From NCBI GenBank assembly GCA_951406725.2, contig OX597831.1, positions 37,634,001-37,698,000 of the forward strand: a stretch of 64,000 nt of DNA, written 5' to 3'. How positions within the stretch are numbered: position 1 is the first letter of the stretch; every line of letters starts with the position of its first letter. The notes under the pieces were generated by a model. The model had not been told where the DNA came from, made no database searches, and saw nothing but the letters and a program-made list of their open reading frames with translations. Position numbers and translations under genes: made by a program. This DNA is from Octopus vulgaris. Taxonomy: Eukaryota. Below, one piece after another: positions 1-12,623 of the stretch.

Positions 1-243
1 GTGTGTGTGTTTGTATAAATATATATAATATAAATAATATATAAATATATGCATATATACATACATATATGTACATACCTACATATATATGTATATATAC
101 ATGCATATATGGGTACAGGACATAAAAAAAAAACGTTGAACACAATGAGAAACGAAAATAAAAATGCAAAAACATCGAAATGAACTTATTTTTCAAGCAA
201 CGAAAAAAAACAGAGAAACGAGACATACAACATAAAAAATATT

Positions 244-304
244 CCCCTTCTTCAGTTGTCCCTGTTTCATCTACTACGCCTTACGAAGGTAAGGGCAAGA
301 TACG
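244..304 (-). ncRNA. Degenerate hammerhead-like motif, non-circular strand order (copy 1)
   Basis: Minus strand: cgta-TC-ttgccc-tta-ccttc-GTAA-ggcg...ggacaa-CTGAAGA-agggg; GAAA and stem III mutated. Confidence 0.4.
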
Positions 305-643
305 ACTTCTTTAAAATAGTCGTTCCCCAAAAGCAAATTAAATAAAATGTGAGATTTTTTGCGGAGGGTGAAAGTGCTTACAAGAACAGGACAGTGAGAA
401 CAAAACATTAAAAATAATAAAAAAGTAAAAGCATTAAAAGATGTGAACAAAATAAAAACAAACAATGAGGGTTGTTAAGTGAAGACGATGGAATAATAAT
501 TATATATGTATATATACATGCATATATGGGTACAGGACATCAAAAAACCGTTGAACACAATGAGAAACGAAAACATAAAAAGAAAAACATAGAAACGAAC
601 AACGAAAAAACATAGAAACGAGACATACAACATAAAGAATATT

Positions 644-702
644 CCCCTTCAACAGTTGTCCCTGTTTCATCTACTCCGCGTCGAAGGTAAGGACAAGACG
701 CG
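644..702 (-). ncRNA. Degenerate hammerhead-like motif, non-circular strand order (copy 2)
   Basis: Minus strand: cgcg-TC-ttgtcc-tta-ccttc-GA-cgcg...ggacaa-CTGTTGA-agggg; stems I (ttgtcc/ggacaa) and III (cgcg/cgcg) intact, core damaged. Confidence 0.45.
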
Positions 703-766
703 ACTTCTTTGAAACAGTCCTTCCCGCAAAGCAACATTTTAATAAAATCTTGAATCTATATATATA

Positions 767-1778
767 CAGTGTGCGATGGGTAAAATGTTGCACCCTTATA
801 TATTTATTTCGCTCTTGCATATTGTTTGGTTTTGATTTTTTCTACTTTAGGCACAAGGCGCGAAATGTTTGGGGAGGTGTGAGGCAAATCGTTGAGATCG
901 ACTCCCGTACGCAACTGGTACTTAATTTACCGACTCCGAAGAGGTGAAAGGCAAAGTAGGCCTCGGTGGAATTTGAACGTAAAGACCGACGAAATACCAC
1001 CAATCATTTCGCCCGGTGTGCTACCGTTTCCGCGAGCTGCCGCCTTTGTTTAGTTGTGATTTTGTCGGCCACACAGTATAGTGGGGTGAGTTGAGCACCG
1101 TCTGTAAAAAAAACAGCACCATGGCGCAATTCACTCTGCCAGAACTTTTTGAAATGTCTTCCTGTAGTGATTGGCAATCGCGCCGGAATATCCAATACGA
1201 ATATTGGATTTGTGTTTGGGTGTATCGAGAGTAAGAAATTCAAACACCCAGTCAACGTCATTTTGCTTGGAGTCATCACTGGTGTTGGCGACGTTGTGCC
1301 TCCATTCATCTTTCCACGTGGCCTCACACGTGGAGGTAGTCGTGGTGCCATGATCAACAGGGTGGCTGCTGGAAGACCCTATATCTGCCATCAGGACTGT
1401 GCACCATACCACACAAGCAGGAGAATCGTCCCGAAAATCTGGCCACTTAACTCCCCACATTGCAACCCCTTTCATTACTATGTGTGGGGCGCACTCGAGT
1501 GAGACCAACAAAACTCCTTGTAACACCAAAGATGAACTGAGGGCAAGGATTATGGTGTCTTTCACCAACCTAAAGAAGGAGACTGTCAAGAAAGGCTGCA
1601 GAAGATTCTGAAGTCACCTGGAGGCCGTGGTTGAAGCCAATAGCGATTTGATTGAAAAAATGTACTCTTTCGTATTTCAAGATATTTTCATGTAATTTTG
1701 GTAAATATGTCAAAATGAGATGTCGATGTTATTTTCATTTTTGTGCAATTTAAATAACAACTTATTCACTGCACCCTG
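767..1778 (+). mobile_element. Decayed Tc1/mariner DNA transposon with internal deletions
   Basis: TA-flanked imperfect TIRs (cagtgtgcgatgggtaaaatgtt / aacaacttattcactgcaccctg). ORF 1149-1502 has HQDCAPYH and WPLNSPHCNPFHYYVWG, matching the QDxAPxH and WPxNSPDxNPxDYxVWG transposase motifs. Confidence 0.85.
838..1045 (-). mobile_element. SINE family C copy nested in the mariner element
   Basis: Reverse complement of the family head and core (ggcggcagctcgc...gttcaaattccaccgagg...aagtaccagttgcgtacggg). Confidence 0.75.
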
Positions 1779-1821
1779 TATATGGATAGACAGATCGCTT
1801 AATTGATTGGTTGAAGCCGGC

Positions 1822-2112
1822 CTGGCAGTGTGGTAAGAAGCTTGCTTCTGAACCGCACGGTTCTGCATTCAGTCTCCTTGCTTATCAACTTAAAATAAAT
1901 GCCTTCCGTTCTAGCCTCGGGCCGACTAAAGCCATGTGACTGGATTTGGTATATGGAAACCGAAGGAAGCTCGCGTGCGCACACACTCATGTATATAAAC
2001 AGTGGGACGCATGTGTTCGTACGTGCGAGTGTGTGAGTCTTCGTGTCTGTGGTTGTCCCCATCCCACATGACAGCCGGTGTTGGTGTGTTTACGCACTCG
2101 TAATTTAGCGAT
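1822..2112 (+). mobile_element. Degraded SINE family B
   Basis: gtgtggtaagaagcttgctt...gcctcgggccgactaaagcc...ggatttggt...ggtgtgtttacg, as in the full copy at 41811. Confidence 0.7.
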
Positions 2113-2440
2113 TTTGTAATGTGTTGGCATGGTTATTTGGTATGATATTCAGAGATACAGAGAGAGAGAGAGATAGAGAGAGAGAAGGAGACAGAAAAAA
2201 GGAAGAGAGAGCGAGAAAGAGAGATAGAAGGAAAGAGAGAGGGAGATTAGAATAGAAAATGAAAAAGGAAAACATTTAACTTAAATATAAAATAGTGCGG
2301 TGCTCTTGTAACAAAATGGTAGAGTGTCTTAGAGCTGTTTGTAGAATAACCAAGTATGTGGATCATGATATTGGGTAAGGATTATATTAGTTAAGTGTTC
2401 CATCATCAGAAAGAGTCAGAAAATACCGAGACGAAGGCTA

Positions 2441-3212
2441 TTCTTCTCTACTCTAGGTAGAAGGCCCGAAATATCTGGGGCAGGGGACTAGTCGATTAGA
2501 TCGACCCCAGCGCGCAATTGGTACTTAATTTATGGATCCCGAAAGGATGAAAGGCAAAGTTGAACTCGGCGGAAATTTTAACTCAAAACGTAAAGACACA
2601 CGAAATCCTACTAAGCAATTTGCCCGGTGTGTTAACGTTTCTTATTTCTTTATTGCCCACAAGGGGTTAAACATAGAGGGGACAAAAAAGGACAGACAAA
2701 CGGATTAAGTCGATTATATCAATCCCATCGCGAAAGGATAAAAGGCAAAGTCGACCTCGGCGAAATTTGAACTCAGAACGTAACGATAGACAAATACCTG
2801 TTTCTTTACTACCCACAAGGGGCTAAATACAGAGAAGACAAACAAGGACAGACAAACAGATTAAGTCGATTATATCACCCCAGTACGTAAATGGTACTTA
2901 TTTAATCGACCCCGAAATGATGAAAGGCAATGTCGACCTCGGTGGAATTTGAACTCAGAACGTAAGGGCAGACAAAATACCTATTTCTTTATTACCCACA
3001 AGGGGCTAAACACAGAGCGGACAAACAAGGACAGACATAGGTATTAAGTCGATTACATCGACCCCAGTGCGTAACTGGTACTTAATTTATCGACCCTGAA
3101 AGGATGAAAGGCAAAGTCGACCTCGGCGGAATTTGAACTCACAACGTAACGCAGACGAAATACCGCTAAGCAATTCGCCCGGCGTGCTAACATTTCTGCC
3201 AGCTCGCTGCCT
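2441..3212 (-). mobile_element. SINE family C, internally multimerised (about 4 units of ~180 bp)
   Basis: Repeated gaaaggatgaaaggcaaagtcgacctcggcggaatttgaactcagaacgta and cccacaaggggctaaacacagag blocks; head ends gccagctcgctgcct at about 3210. Confidence 0.85.
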
Positions 3213-4098
3213 TCCCAGGCCGTCGAGATGTGAAGGCAGAATCAGAATGAAAAGTATATGCGATAGCTGCTTGCTAATTTATTGGAATTATGTAATTTTT
3301 ACTGATAGTAAGAATTTATAGACTTTTCTACTCAAAAAATTCTGAATAATTGGAATTTTATTATTTTTTCCTTTATCAAAACGTATACTTTAATATTTCT
3401 TCATTTCATGGATTAATTTTAATTAATTGTGAGCATTTTAAAAAAACTTAAACGCGTGACAGTATTTTTAAAGTCTTTCTGCATTATGCCCCCACTCTCC
3501 CTTCCCCACCTGCACCTCTCTCCGCCTCTCTCTGCCCTTATCTCTTCTTAACTCTCTCCATCTTTTTCCCTCTCTCTCTCACCATCTCAAGCTCTCTCTT
3601 TCTCTCTTTCTCTCCCTTTCTCTCTTTCCATCGTTTCTTTTTCTTTTATATTTTCCACAGGTAATTCCTTTGCTATAGCCTCCACTGTTCAAGTCAGCGT
3701 AGTTCATATGAGGATCAAGATTGAGAAAATACCATTTCCCGTCTCTGTACATTTGCTGTCGTGTATTTTACATGGGGTCGTCAATACTAAAATGTAAAGA
3801 TAAACGTCGAAGGAAAAGAAACATTTTATGCATCACGTGTCAGAACCCAGAGTACATTTTTCAATATGATTTTTTTCCAGTACTCTCCCTAACAATATTG
3901 CGATACCTTCAAAACAACAAGAGTTACGACAAATTATAAGTCTGCCATTATTTTGTAAATAAATGAAAATATTTTATTTCAATAATAAACTACCAATGGA
4001 GATATATATCTTACAAAACAAAATATAATACACATGCATCAAATGCGAATGAAATACATTTAAATACCAAACAAAATACACTCATGCACAATTAATAT

Positions 4099-4156
<58 letters not shown>

Positions 4157-4634
4157 ATAAATGAGATTGTGAAAGTATTGGGAGGAGATAATCATTGTTG
4201 AACAATGCATAAATCTACCAAACAAAGGCGAAAGAAAAAGTATAATTAAGAGAAACGACTTTTTCGACACGGGTTATCGCACTGCTGGCCGAATTAATTA
4301 AAATTCGAATTAGGCGTTAATTATTCCTTCTCCGTGAAGCAATGTCACTGTCTTATCTTCCAGAGGTCTTCTCGATCATTTCTGATTTGGTTTTAGACAA
4401 CAACAACACCAACAACAATAACAACAACAATAACGATAACTACTGACCATTACAAACGATATTATAGAAATTAGTGAACCGAACAGAATTGGAGCGCATT
4501 CGAAAATTGAGTACTAAATAGCGAATCAGAATCAGAATATATCTTCAATTTACCATTAGTAGTCGGTCGGTGGCAATATGTCAGACTAGTAGGAGACATA
4601 TTAAAAATTAGATCTCTTTCGTTATTTAGCCTGT

Positions 4635-4672
<38 letters not shown>

Positions 4673-4970
4673 TGACGCATATTTGCCATTTGAATATGGC
4701 TAACCCATAAGGGTGGATGCTACTGTAGTTTGTAGCCCCATGAAGATATCTCCTCCAGCAAATATGCGTCATGATGTGTTACCGCTACTGTTTATAACTC
4801 GCTCTGAGATTTATCATTGTTATATATCATAGTGTGCTAAATTTTTCTTGAGAACAATTCTTAGTCGTGGGGATCCTTGCGGATCTATTTCTAGCGTAAG
4901 AGCGTCTGCATAGTGGGTTCTCTCTCATATTTGTGTGTATATATATATAGACTAAATAACGAAAGAGATC

Positions 4971-5382
4971 GTTTGTCTGTCTTTGTTTGTCCCTTCTGTG
5001 TTTAGCCCCTTGTGGGTAGTAAAGAAATAGGTATTTCGTCTGGTGCTGCGTTCTGAGTACACATTCCGGCGAGGTCGACTTTACCTTTCATCCTTTCGGG
5101 GTCGATAAATTAAGTACCAGTGACGCACTGGGGTCGATGTAATCGACTTAATCCGTTTGTTTGTCCTTGTTTGTCCTCTCTGTGTTTAGCCCCTTGTAGG
5201 TAGTAAAGAAATAAGTATTTCGTTTGTCTTTACGTTCTGAGTACAAATTCCGCCGAGGTCAACTATGCCTTTCATCCTTTCGGGGTCGATGAATTAAGTG
5301 CCAGTTGCATACTATGGTTGATCTAATAGACTGACTCCTTCCTCCAAAATTTCGGGCCTTGCGCCTAATGTAGGAAAGAATA
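4971..5382 (+). mobile_element. SINE family C multimer, 5' truncated
   Basis: Two gaggtcgactt...tttcatcctttcggggtcgat units and terminal ccttgcgcctaatgtaggaaagaata. Confidence 0.85.
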
Positions 5383-5837
5383 TTTCCTGTATTGTGCAAG
5401 GATAACCGATTTTATTCCACAACATTTTTTTTAAAGTCTACCTGGACCCCCAAGGACCTTATAGATCCCGCTTCACTGCCACTTTTCCAGAGAAAATACA
5501 TCTACCTGAATATCTCTTAAACTGATTAGTCATCCACATTCCAGTCGCCGTATCCAGCCTACGGCACTGTAGAAGCAATGATTGCTTAGAGGACACAAAG
5601 TTACTAAATAATTTAGTGAACTCGGTACCACATGAATATATAATATTGAAAATGTTCTTTCGAGTATTAAAGGCATTGTTGCATGAAAAGAATTTGAAAT
5701 AATGTTCATTTGCATAGCAGAATACCTCATGGTATTTAAAGGCTTTCGTCTTTTAGTGTTGCTTTATTTTACGATGGTGATGATTAGCCAGAAATTATCT
5801 CATCTAGAGAAGACCAATAATCAAAGGCGTTCTAGTG

Positions 5838-5872
<35 letters not shown>

Positions 5873-6144
5873 TTACACACACATACACAGACACACACAC
5901 ATAGGCACACATATACACACATACATACATGCATACACACACACACATGCATGCATACGCACACAACACACACACTCATATGTATACATAGATACAGATA
6001 TGCATAATACATACTTACATGCATACACACACGCACGTTCACGCACACACACATAATATATATACATGTCAAAGAAAAATGTGTTCAATGCATATTATCT
6101 TATAAGACGGGTATGAATTAAGAGCGATTTGGCTGGTATTACTT

Positions 6145-6192
6145 GCACGCGCGGAAACCGGAAGCGGTGGATCTCGGCATAAAGATGGCGGT
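6145..6192 (+). promoter_or_regulatory. Candidate promoter motif cluster (ETS-like CCGGAAG, YY1-like AAGATGGCGG) in a CpG-rich patch
   Basis: gcacgcgcggaaaccggaagcggtggatctcggcataaagatggcgg in otherwise CpG-poor, non-repetitive DNA. Confidence 0.3.
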
Positions 6193-6993
6193 TGTGAATG
6201 GTTTTCTTAAGTCATTACTATTTGAACAGAACGCTGAACAAATATATTCCAGCCGTGAACATCCGCACCCAATTAAGACCTACGAAAAACATTATCCTAT
6301 ACAGTTCATTAGATGTTATGAATAACGTCTAACAAGTGACAACGGGAACATCCCCACAAAACCAGAGGAACTGTACAGTACTTTAAGACAGCGATTATAT
6401 TTAAATAATAAACAGCTTTAAAAGTGCAACAGAATGCGACGATATTATATTTATTTCATTGCTTTTGTTCTTCTTGCTACCAATGGTGTTATGAATATCG
6501 AATATCCGGTAATTAAATTTCTCCGTAGTGAAATTACTTGCATTTCACGGCATATATTACTTACTCCAAATGCAGAGTATACATTAATATTCATTTATCG
6601 CACGACAATACATTGAGAAATATTTTCGAAGAAAGGTAGCAATGACAACGAACTTTTCACATGTATGCCAAAACAAACTGAACACCAGTAACCAGATTCA
6701 CATGGCCAAATATAAGATGTCTTACGTAGGAAGTTAAAAGTACTTCAAATTTGCAATGTTTTCACATCACAGGAAGAACGCAGTCGCAAAATCGTTCATT
6801 ATAATTCAATGCAGGTCTATCACTCCAAGTAGCATCGAAAACATCAATAAATGTATAAATGCATGGAACCATTGAAATGAAGCGTGGGAACGTTTTCCTC
6901 TTCTCTTAAGCTTCCCTTAATATTAATCCGATTATATTCAGCCTATATTGGTAACAAACAGATATATGCATATATATATATATATATAGATAG

Positions 6994-7037
<44 letters not shown>

Positions 7038-7164
7038 TAAAAGAAATAAGGTACTCAGAAATCTGGATGGTTTTATATTTACGGATATTTATTACTAAGT
7101 CTCCTCTTTTTATAAATCATATATTAGCGCTTGCGTCCACTCTAGTGGAGTCTTCAGATTCAGA

Positions 7165-7283
7165 TTTATATATATATATATAAATATATATAGAGATATA
7201 TGTATGTATGTATATATATATATACGCATGCATATATATGTATATACATAGTGTATGTGTATGCATATATATATATATACATA

Positions 7284-7320
<37 letters not shown>

Positions 7321-7386
7321 ACATATATATGTATATATATGTATATATATATGTATATAAATATGTATATATATATATTATATATG

Positions 7387-7458
<72 letters not shown>
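7165..7458. repeat. (TA)n/(TATG)n microsatellite
   Basis: Direct inspection; source of the YIYI ORFs. Confidence 0.95.
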
Positions 7459-7460
<2 letters not shown>

Positions 7461-7655
7461 TGTTTGTTTCCCACCTGCCTTCGTCTTTTGTCTATTTTCA
7501 TAAAGCTTCCCGTTATATATATATATATTCAGGTAGAGTGAGAGAAATATACACACCCACAAGCACATATATATATGAATGTATGTATATGTATATATAT
7601 ACAAAGTGAGAGAGAGGAGAGGGAGAGAAGAAGAGAGAGATCATACGAAACATAC

Positions 7656-7848
7656 CACGAAATCCATGAGCGATAATGTTCCACATATTCTTCACGCTTC
7701 AGTTGGCATTTCCCTTTAAACATAATCTTCACTGTTACAAATACAAATACGTGAAAATCCTCACTGGCGTTTTCAATATTGAAAGATGTTCCAAGTGTCA
7801 ACACAATCAGGAGTAATGATTTGATAAAATAACAACTTTTCATGTTTC
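7656..7848 (-). other. Candidate exon with ATG and signal-peptide-like N-terminus
   Basis: tttgcag|gaaacATG...MKSCYFIKSLLLIVLTLGTS...TTCGTG|gtatgt; non-repetitive. Confidence 0.25.
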
Positions 7849-9207
7849 CTGCAAATGATGTGTCCGATTCGTTACATATTTTCGACTGTTCAAGTATCTT
7901 TTATTTCTTTGAACCTTTTTATATATTTTCTCCCACGGAAAAATTGAAAATAAATAATTTATTCGTAGAAATGGCTAATCCACGTGACCATGGAAAATTG
8001 TGAGTTAGCTCATTAATTTCTTTTTATGAAAAATCTAATTCACTACCTTAATGCTATATCCAAAAGAGACTCATAGCGCATTAATTTATTTATATAAAAG
8101 CCAAAATCACTACGGTGACGCTATGTTTAAAATAGAGGGCTAGCACATTATGAAATTTAATGAAAATTTATTATAGAAAAGAGAGAGTACAACAATATAA
8201 AAATGTAATATTAACAATATTCGGTTTTATCAAAGGCTATTTCTTTTAAATGAGTATTTCTGTATTTCCTATTATTAAATTTACTTACAAATTGTTTAAG
8301 ATCTTAAAATTATTTATTGAATTATTATTATCATTTCCTTGTAATTTTGAGTTCTTTCTTTCTTTATCTATTTTGTTAAATCTCCATTTTATTCAGAAAT
8401 TCTCTTTACAAGTTTTTTAAATAATATTATATTCATAGATTTCAATTTAAAATTTCTGAAAAATATAACGACGGTTAACAGAAAGAGAATTAAAATAAAA
8501 CAAAAGCATCGGAAACACATGATGTTATATATACCGTTTCATTCTTTTATATTATATATATTAATGTTTATTAATGTTCTTTGTACTTTTAGATAAAGAA
8601 TGTAATGGCTTGTAGTCTACACTGTGAGGTGTGCATGTTTTTGTGTGAAGTTGTTATGTGCGTATATGTGTGTATATGTGTATATGCCCCTATGCTTACG
8701 CATCGTAATGTGTTTCCATGCATTCGTACATTTGAATGCTTTTCAGTTTCTCGTAGTGCACTGCAAATCTATCTTTATTTAGATATATACAAATATGCAT
8801 ACAAAAAACATACGCATGTATGTACGTATTTATGTATGTGTAATAAGAATCCGTTGGTGGACTCTGTTGAATAGAGGGCGTTGCTTAGTTGAGAAACTGA
8901 GGTATAATAATGATAATGGCTAATTCACCTCTGTAAAATATTAGAAATAAGACACAGGTAAAATATGAATGAAGTTGGTTATACGCACACATGCATACAG
9001 ACATATATATACATATGTGTGTGTATGTGTATTAGTGTGCGCGCACCCACGTATGTGTGTATTTATATACATGTATATGCGTATGTATGCATATATATAT
9101 GTATGTATGTATATGTATGTATGTATATGTATGTATGAATATATATATGTATATATGTATGTATGTATATGTATGTATATGTATGTATGTATGCATGTAT
9201 ATGTATG

Positions 9208-9260
<53 letters not shown>

Positions 9261-9395
9261 CTGCATGTATATACATACATAAGCATATAAACAAGCGCAT
9301 ACACATACATTTTATTTTAAGCACAGCATATCCACGAGAGTTATTAAGAAAAATACGTTGATAGGTGTCTGTCTGTCTACCTCTCCTTTACACCA

Positions 9396-9433
<38 letters not shown>

Positions 9434-9703
9434 CAAGTAAGCATGTAAATGCATATATATTTATGTATATATATATGTGTTCACACACGCTCCTCATGGA
9501 CACTAGGCGCGCATGCATACTGACACATAATGGTCGAGTGTGGTTTTCGCTGATTATACTTATGCGCGGCATCATGATTAGGCTGTGATTTTGTCGGCGT
9601 GGATAGAATTGGTCATAGTCTGTCGAAGGAAGGGATTGCGGCACTGGAAGTGATATTGCTTGTGAAATGGTGAATATTGCTGTGAAAGGTGGTATTGTTA
9701 ACC

Positions 9704-10302
9704 TTTTCTACTGTAGACACAAGACGCAAAATTTGTTGAGGGTGGCCAGGCGATTAGACCGCCCCCAGTACGCAACTAGTACTTAATTTATGGATCCTGA
9801 AAGGATGAAATGCAAAGTCGACCTCCTCAGAATTTGAACTCAGAACGTAGCGGCAGACGAAATACTTATTTCTTTACTACCCACAAGGGGCTAAACACAC
9901 AGAGGACAAACAAGAACAGACAAACGGATTAAGTCGATTATATCGTCCTCAGTGCATAACTGGTACTTATTTAATCGACCTCGAAAGGATGAAAGGCAAA
10001 GTCGACCTCGGCGGAATTTGAACCCAGAACGTAGACGAAATACCGCTAAGCATTTCGCCCGGCGTGCTAACGCTTCTTATTTCTTTATTGCCCACAAGGG
10101 GCTAAACATAGAAGGGACAAACTATGACACAAGGACAGACAAGGCGATTATGTCGATTACATCGTCCCCAGTGAGTTACTGTTACTTAATTTATCTACTC
10201 TGAATGGATAAAAGGCAAATTCGACCTCGGCGGAATTTGAACCCGGAAAGTAACGGGAGACGAAATACCCCCAAGCTAACGTTTCTGCTTGCTTGCCGCC
10301 TT
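9704..10302 (-). mobile_element. SINE family C multimer (3 units)
   Basis: Three gaaagg...aaagtcgacctc...gaatttgaac blocks. Confidence 0.85.
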
Positions 10303-10574
10303 GAAAGGTGGTTCTGATATTGGCCCTACGATGCTGCACGGGTTTGTTCATGTTAGTTTGGACTCTTGCGAGTGTTGGGTGGGGGAGGTCATGCTGATTT
10401 TGGTACATGGTGCTGCAGGTATCAGGAAGTGTTGGGGAGTGTTGATGATATTTGCAGAGCCGGCGGTGGTGGTTTGAATTACATTTAGTGGTAGTTTACT
10501 AATGGTTGACTTGGCGGTGTTACTGGTGTTGGTTGTGATGTGATTGCTGGTATTGCCGGTGCAGCAGTTCACGC

Positions 10575-10735
10575 CGGACAAACTGCTTAGCGGTATTTCA
10601 TTCGTTCTTAGATTCTGAGTTCAAACTCTGATATTGCTTCATCATTTGGGCACCGATTAAATAAAGTATCAGATGGACACTGGGCTTGAGGTAATCAACT
10701 AGAACCCTTCCCACAAACTACAGGTATTGTGCCTA
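10575..10735 (+). mobile_element. Degraded SINE family C
   Basis: gcttagcggtatttc...ttctgagttcaaa...gtaatcaact. Confidence 0.55.
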
Positions 10736-10990
10736 TTATTATTATTATTACTATTATTATTATTATCATTATTATTATTATTATCATTATTATTATTATT
10801 ATTATTATTATTAGTAATAGTAGTAGTAGTAGTTGTAGAAGTAGTAGTAGTAGAGTAGTAGTAGTTTATTATTATTATTATTTTTGTTGTTGTTGTTGTT
10901 ATTATTATTATTATTATTAGTGGTGGTAGTAGTAGTAGTAGCAGTAGTATTAGTAGTAAGTAATAATAGCAGCAGTAGTAGTAGTAGTAA

Positions 10991-11030
<40 letters not shown>

Positions 11031-11124
11031 GGTGGTGGTAATAGTAGTAGTAGTTGCAGCAGCAACAGTAGTAGTAACAGTTGTTGTAGTAGTAGTAGTA
11101 GTAGTAGTAGTAGTAACAGTTGTT

Positions 11125-11160
<36 letters not shown>

Positions 11161-11188
11161 ATAGTAGTAGTAGTAGTAGTAGTAGTAG
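10735..11188. repeat. Compound (ATT)n/(AGT)n/(GGT)n microsatellite
   Basis: Direct inspection. Confidence 0.95.
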
Positions 11189-11189
11189 T

Positions 11190-11870
11190 TGGTGAACTTG
11201 CAGAATCGTTAGCATACCGGAAATTTTGTATTGCAGCGGCAGTTCTTCCGTTTCATTAAATTTTTAGTTCAAATTCAATTCTGTCGACTCAGGCTTTTAT
11301 TCCTTTCGAGGGGTGCAAAATAGAAAGTACGAATTAAGTTCTGGAGTCGATACTAAACACACACACATACACACACTTTCTCTCTCTCTTCAAAAACTGC
11401 TGGCATTGTGCGAAAATTGAAGAAAGCTTTTGATACTGGGTTTAAAGTAATGAACTGCGAAACAGGTTAGTATTTCGGGCAAAATGCTTAGCAGAATTTC
11501 TCCCGACCCTTTACGATCTGTGTTCAAGTTCGGGGTCAACTCTGCATTTCACCCCCTGTTTAGGTTTCGTTAAATACAGTACCAATTAAGCACTTGGGTC
11601 GATGTGATCGATCGACTTTCCCTCTTCTCAAGAATTGCTGGTGTTGTGTCAAAATTATAAAGGATTATTCGTTCTGGAGTTAAGGCGGTGACCTGTAAAA
11701 AACCGCAAAATACTTCGGAAAAGTTTTTGCAGTTCGAATTCCACCTAGATGAACTTCGCAAGTTGTCCTTTCAGGATCGATGAAATTAAGTACCAGCTGG
11801 GCGCTGGGGTTCGATTTAAACGACTAAGGCTTATCCATTAAATTTACTGGCCTTATGCCAGAATTTGAAG
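11190..11870 (+). mobile_element. Three successive old SINE family C-like copies
   Basis: Heads at about 11190, 11445 and 11681 (ggtgaacttgcagaatcgttagc, gaactgcgaaacaggttag, aaggcggtgacctg), each ending ...gctgg...gtg...aaaatt. Confidence 0.55.
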
Positions 11871-12623
11871 TAGTTATTGTCGCTGGAGTTTTGGTAATAT
11901 TGATGATAATGATAGGGTGGCGGGGTGTTCATAATATTGTTGTGTAGGTGCTTCTGTTTGTAGTGGTGGTCATTGTGGGAGACGCAAACTCACGCTGCTG
12001 GTTGTAGAGTTGTTTGGTGTTGTTGATAATTTTGGAAGTGGTGGTAGATGCAGCATTGACGGAGTTGATTGTGTCACGTATGCTAATTGTGGTACAGGCA
12101 GCGCTAGGTGAAGAACAAAGGCAAACAGACAGAAAATAATTAAGTTTTAAGTACGAAAGATAAAAATCTTTCCTTAGCTTAATGCTGCAAACTAACGGAT
12201 GTTTCTATTTATATGAGATAACTGATATTATAGAGAAAATGAAGCAGAGGGATTAGTGTGAGTGTGTTTTCGAATATTTCTAGGTGAAATCTTTTCTGTA
12301 TATATATTCATTTGTTTGTGTGTGTATATGTATATAAGCATATGAGTATAGGCATACACGCATAAATACATATATACATGCAAACAACAAGCATACAGAC
12401 GCTCATGTAATATATGCGTGTGTGTGTAGAGAGAGATGTTTTGCATGTGTTCATACGTTTTCCATTGTGTTTTGTTTTAGTCTGCAGTCTTTAGGGATTT
12501 CGGGCGAATCCGTCCATAATATATGTAGACACGTATATGTGTGTGTGCGAGTGTGTATCTATGTGCATATACATTAATACATGTCCGTATATATATGTAT
12601 ATAAATATTTGAACTATATATAT

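Larger units (their letters stand above)
83..750. repeat. Tandem pair of a diverged repeat unit (period about 400 bp), PLE pseudo-LTR-like
   Basis: 83-350 and 501-750 share tatatacatgcatatatgggtacaggacat...gagacatacaacataaa...attccccttc...gttgtccctgtttcatctact...gaaggtaagg; anchor attccccttc at 241 and 641. Confidence 0.8.

Noticed and set aside
2441-3212. CRISPR-like array
   Set aside because: Whole ~180-bp units repeat, with no unique spacers or cas genes; eukaryotic context
3490-3800. Plus-strand exon after polypyrimidine tract and CAG at 3660
   Set aside because: The tract is a (CT)n-like repeat; no recognisable protein or clear donor
7127-7162. HHR remnant (minus strand CTGAAGA + tccac/gtgga stem)
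   Set aside because: GAAA box and stem III are missing; too decayed to call
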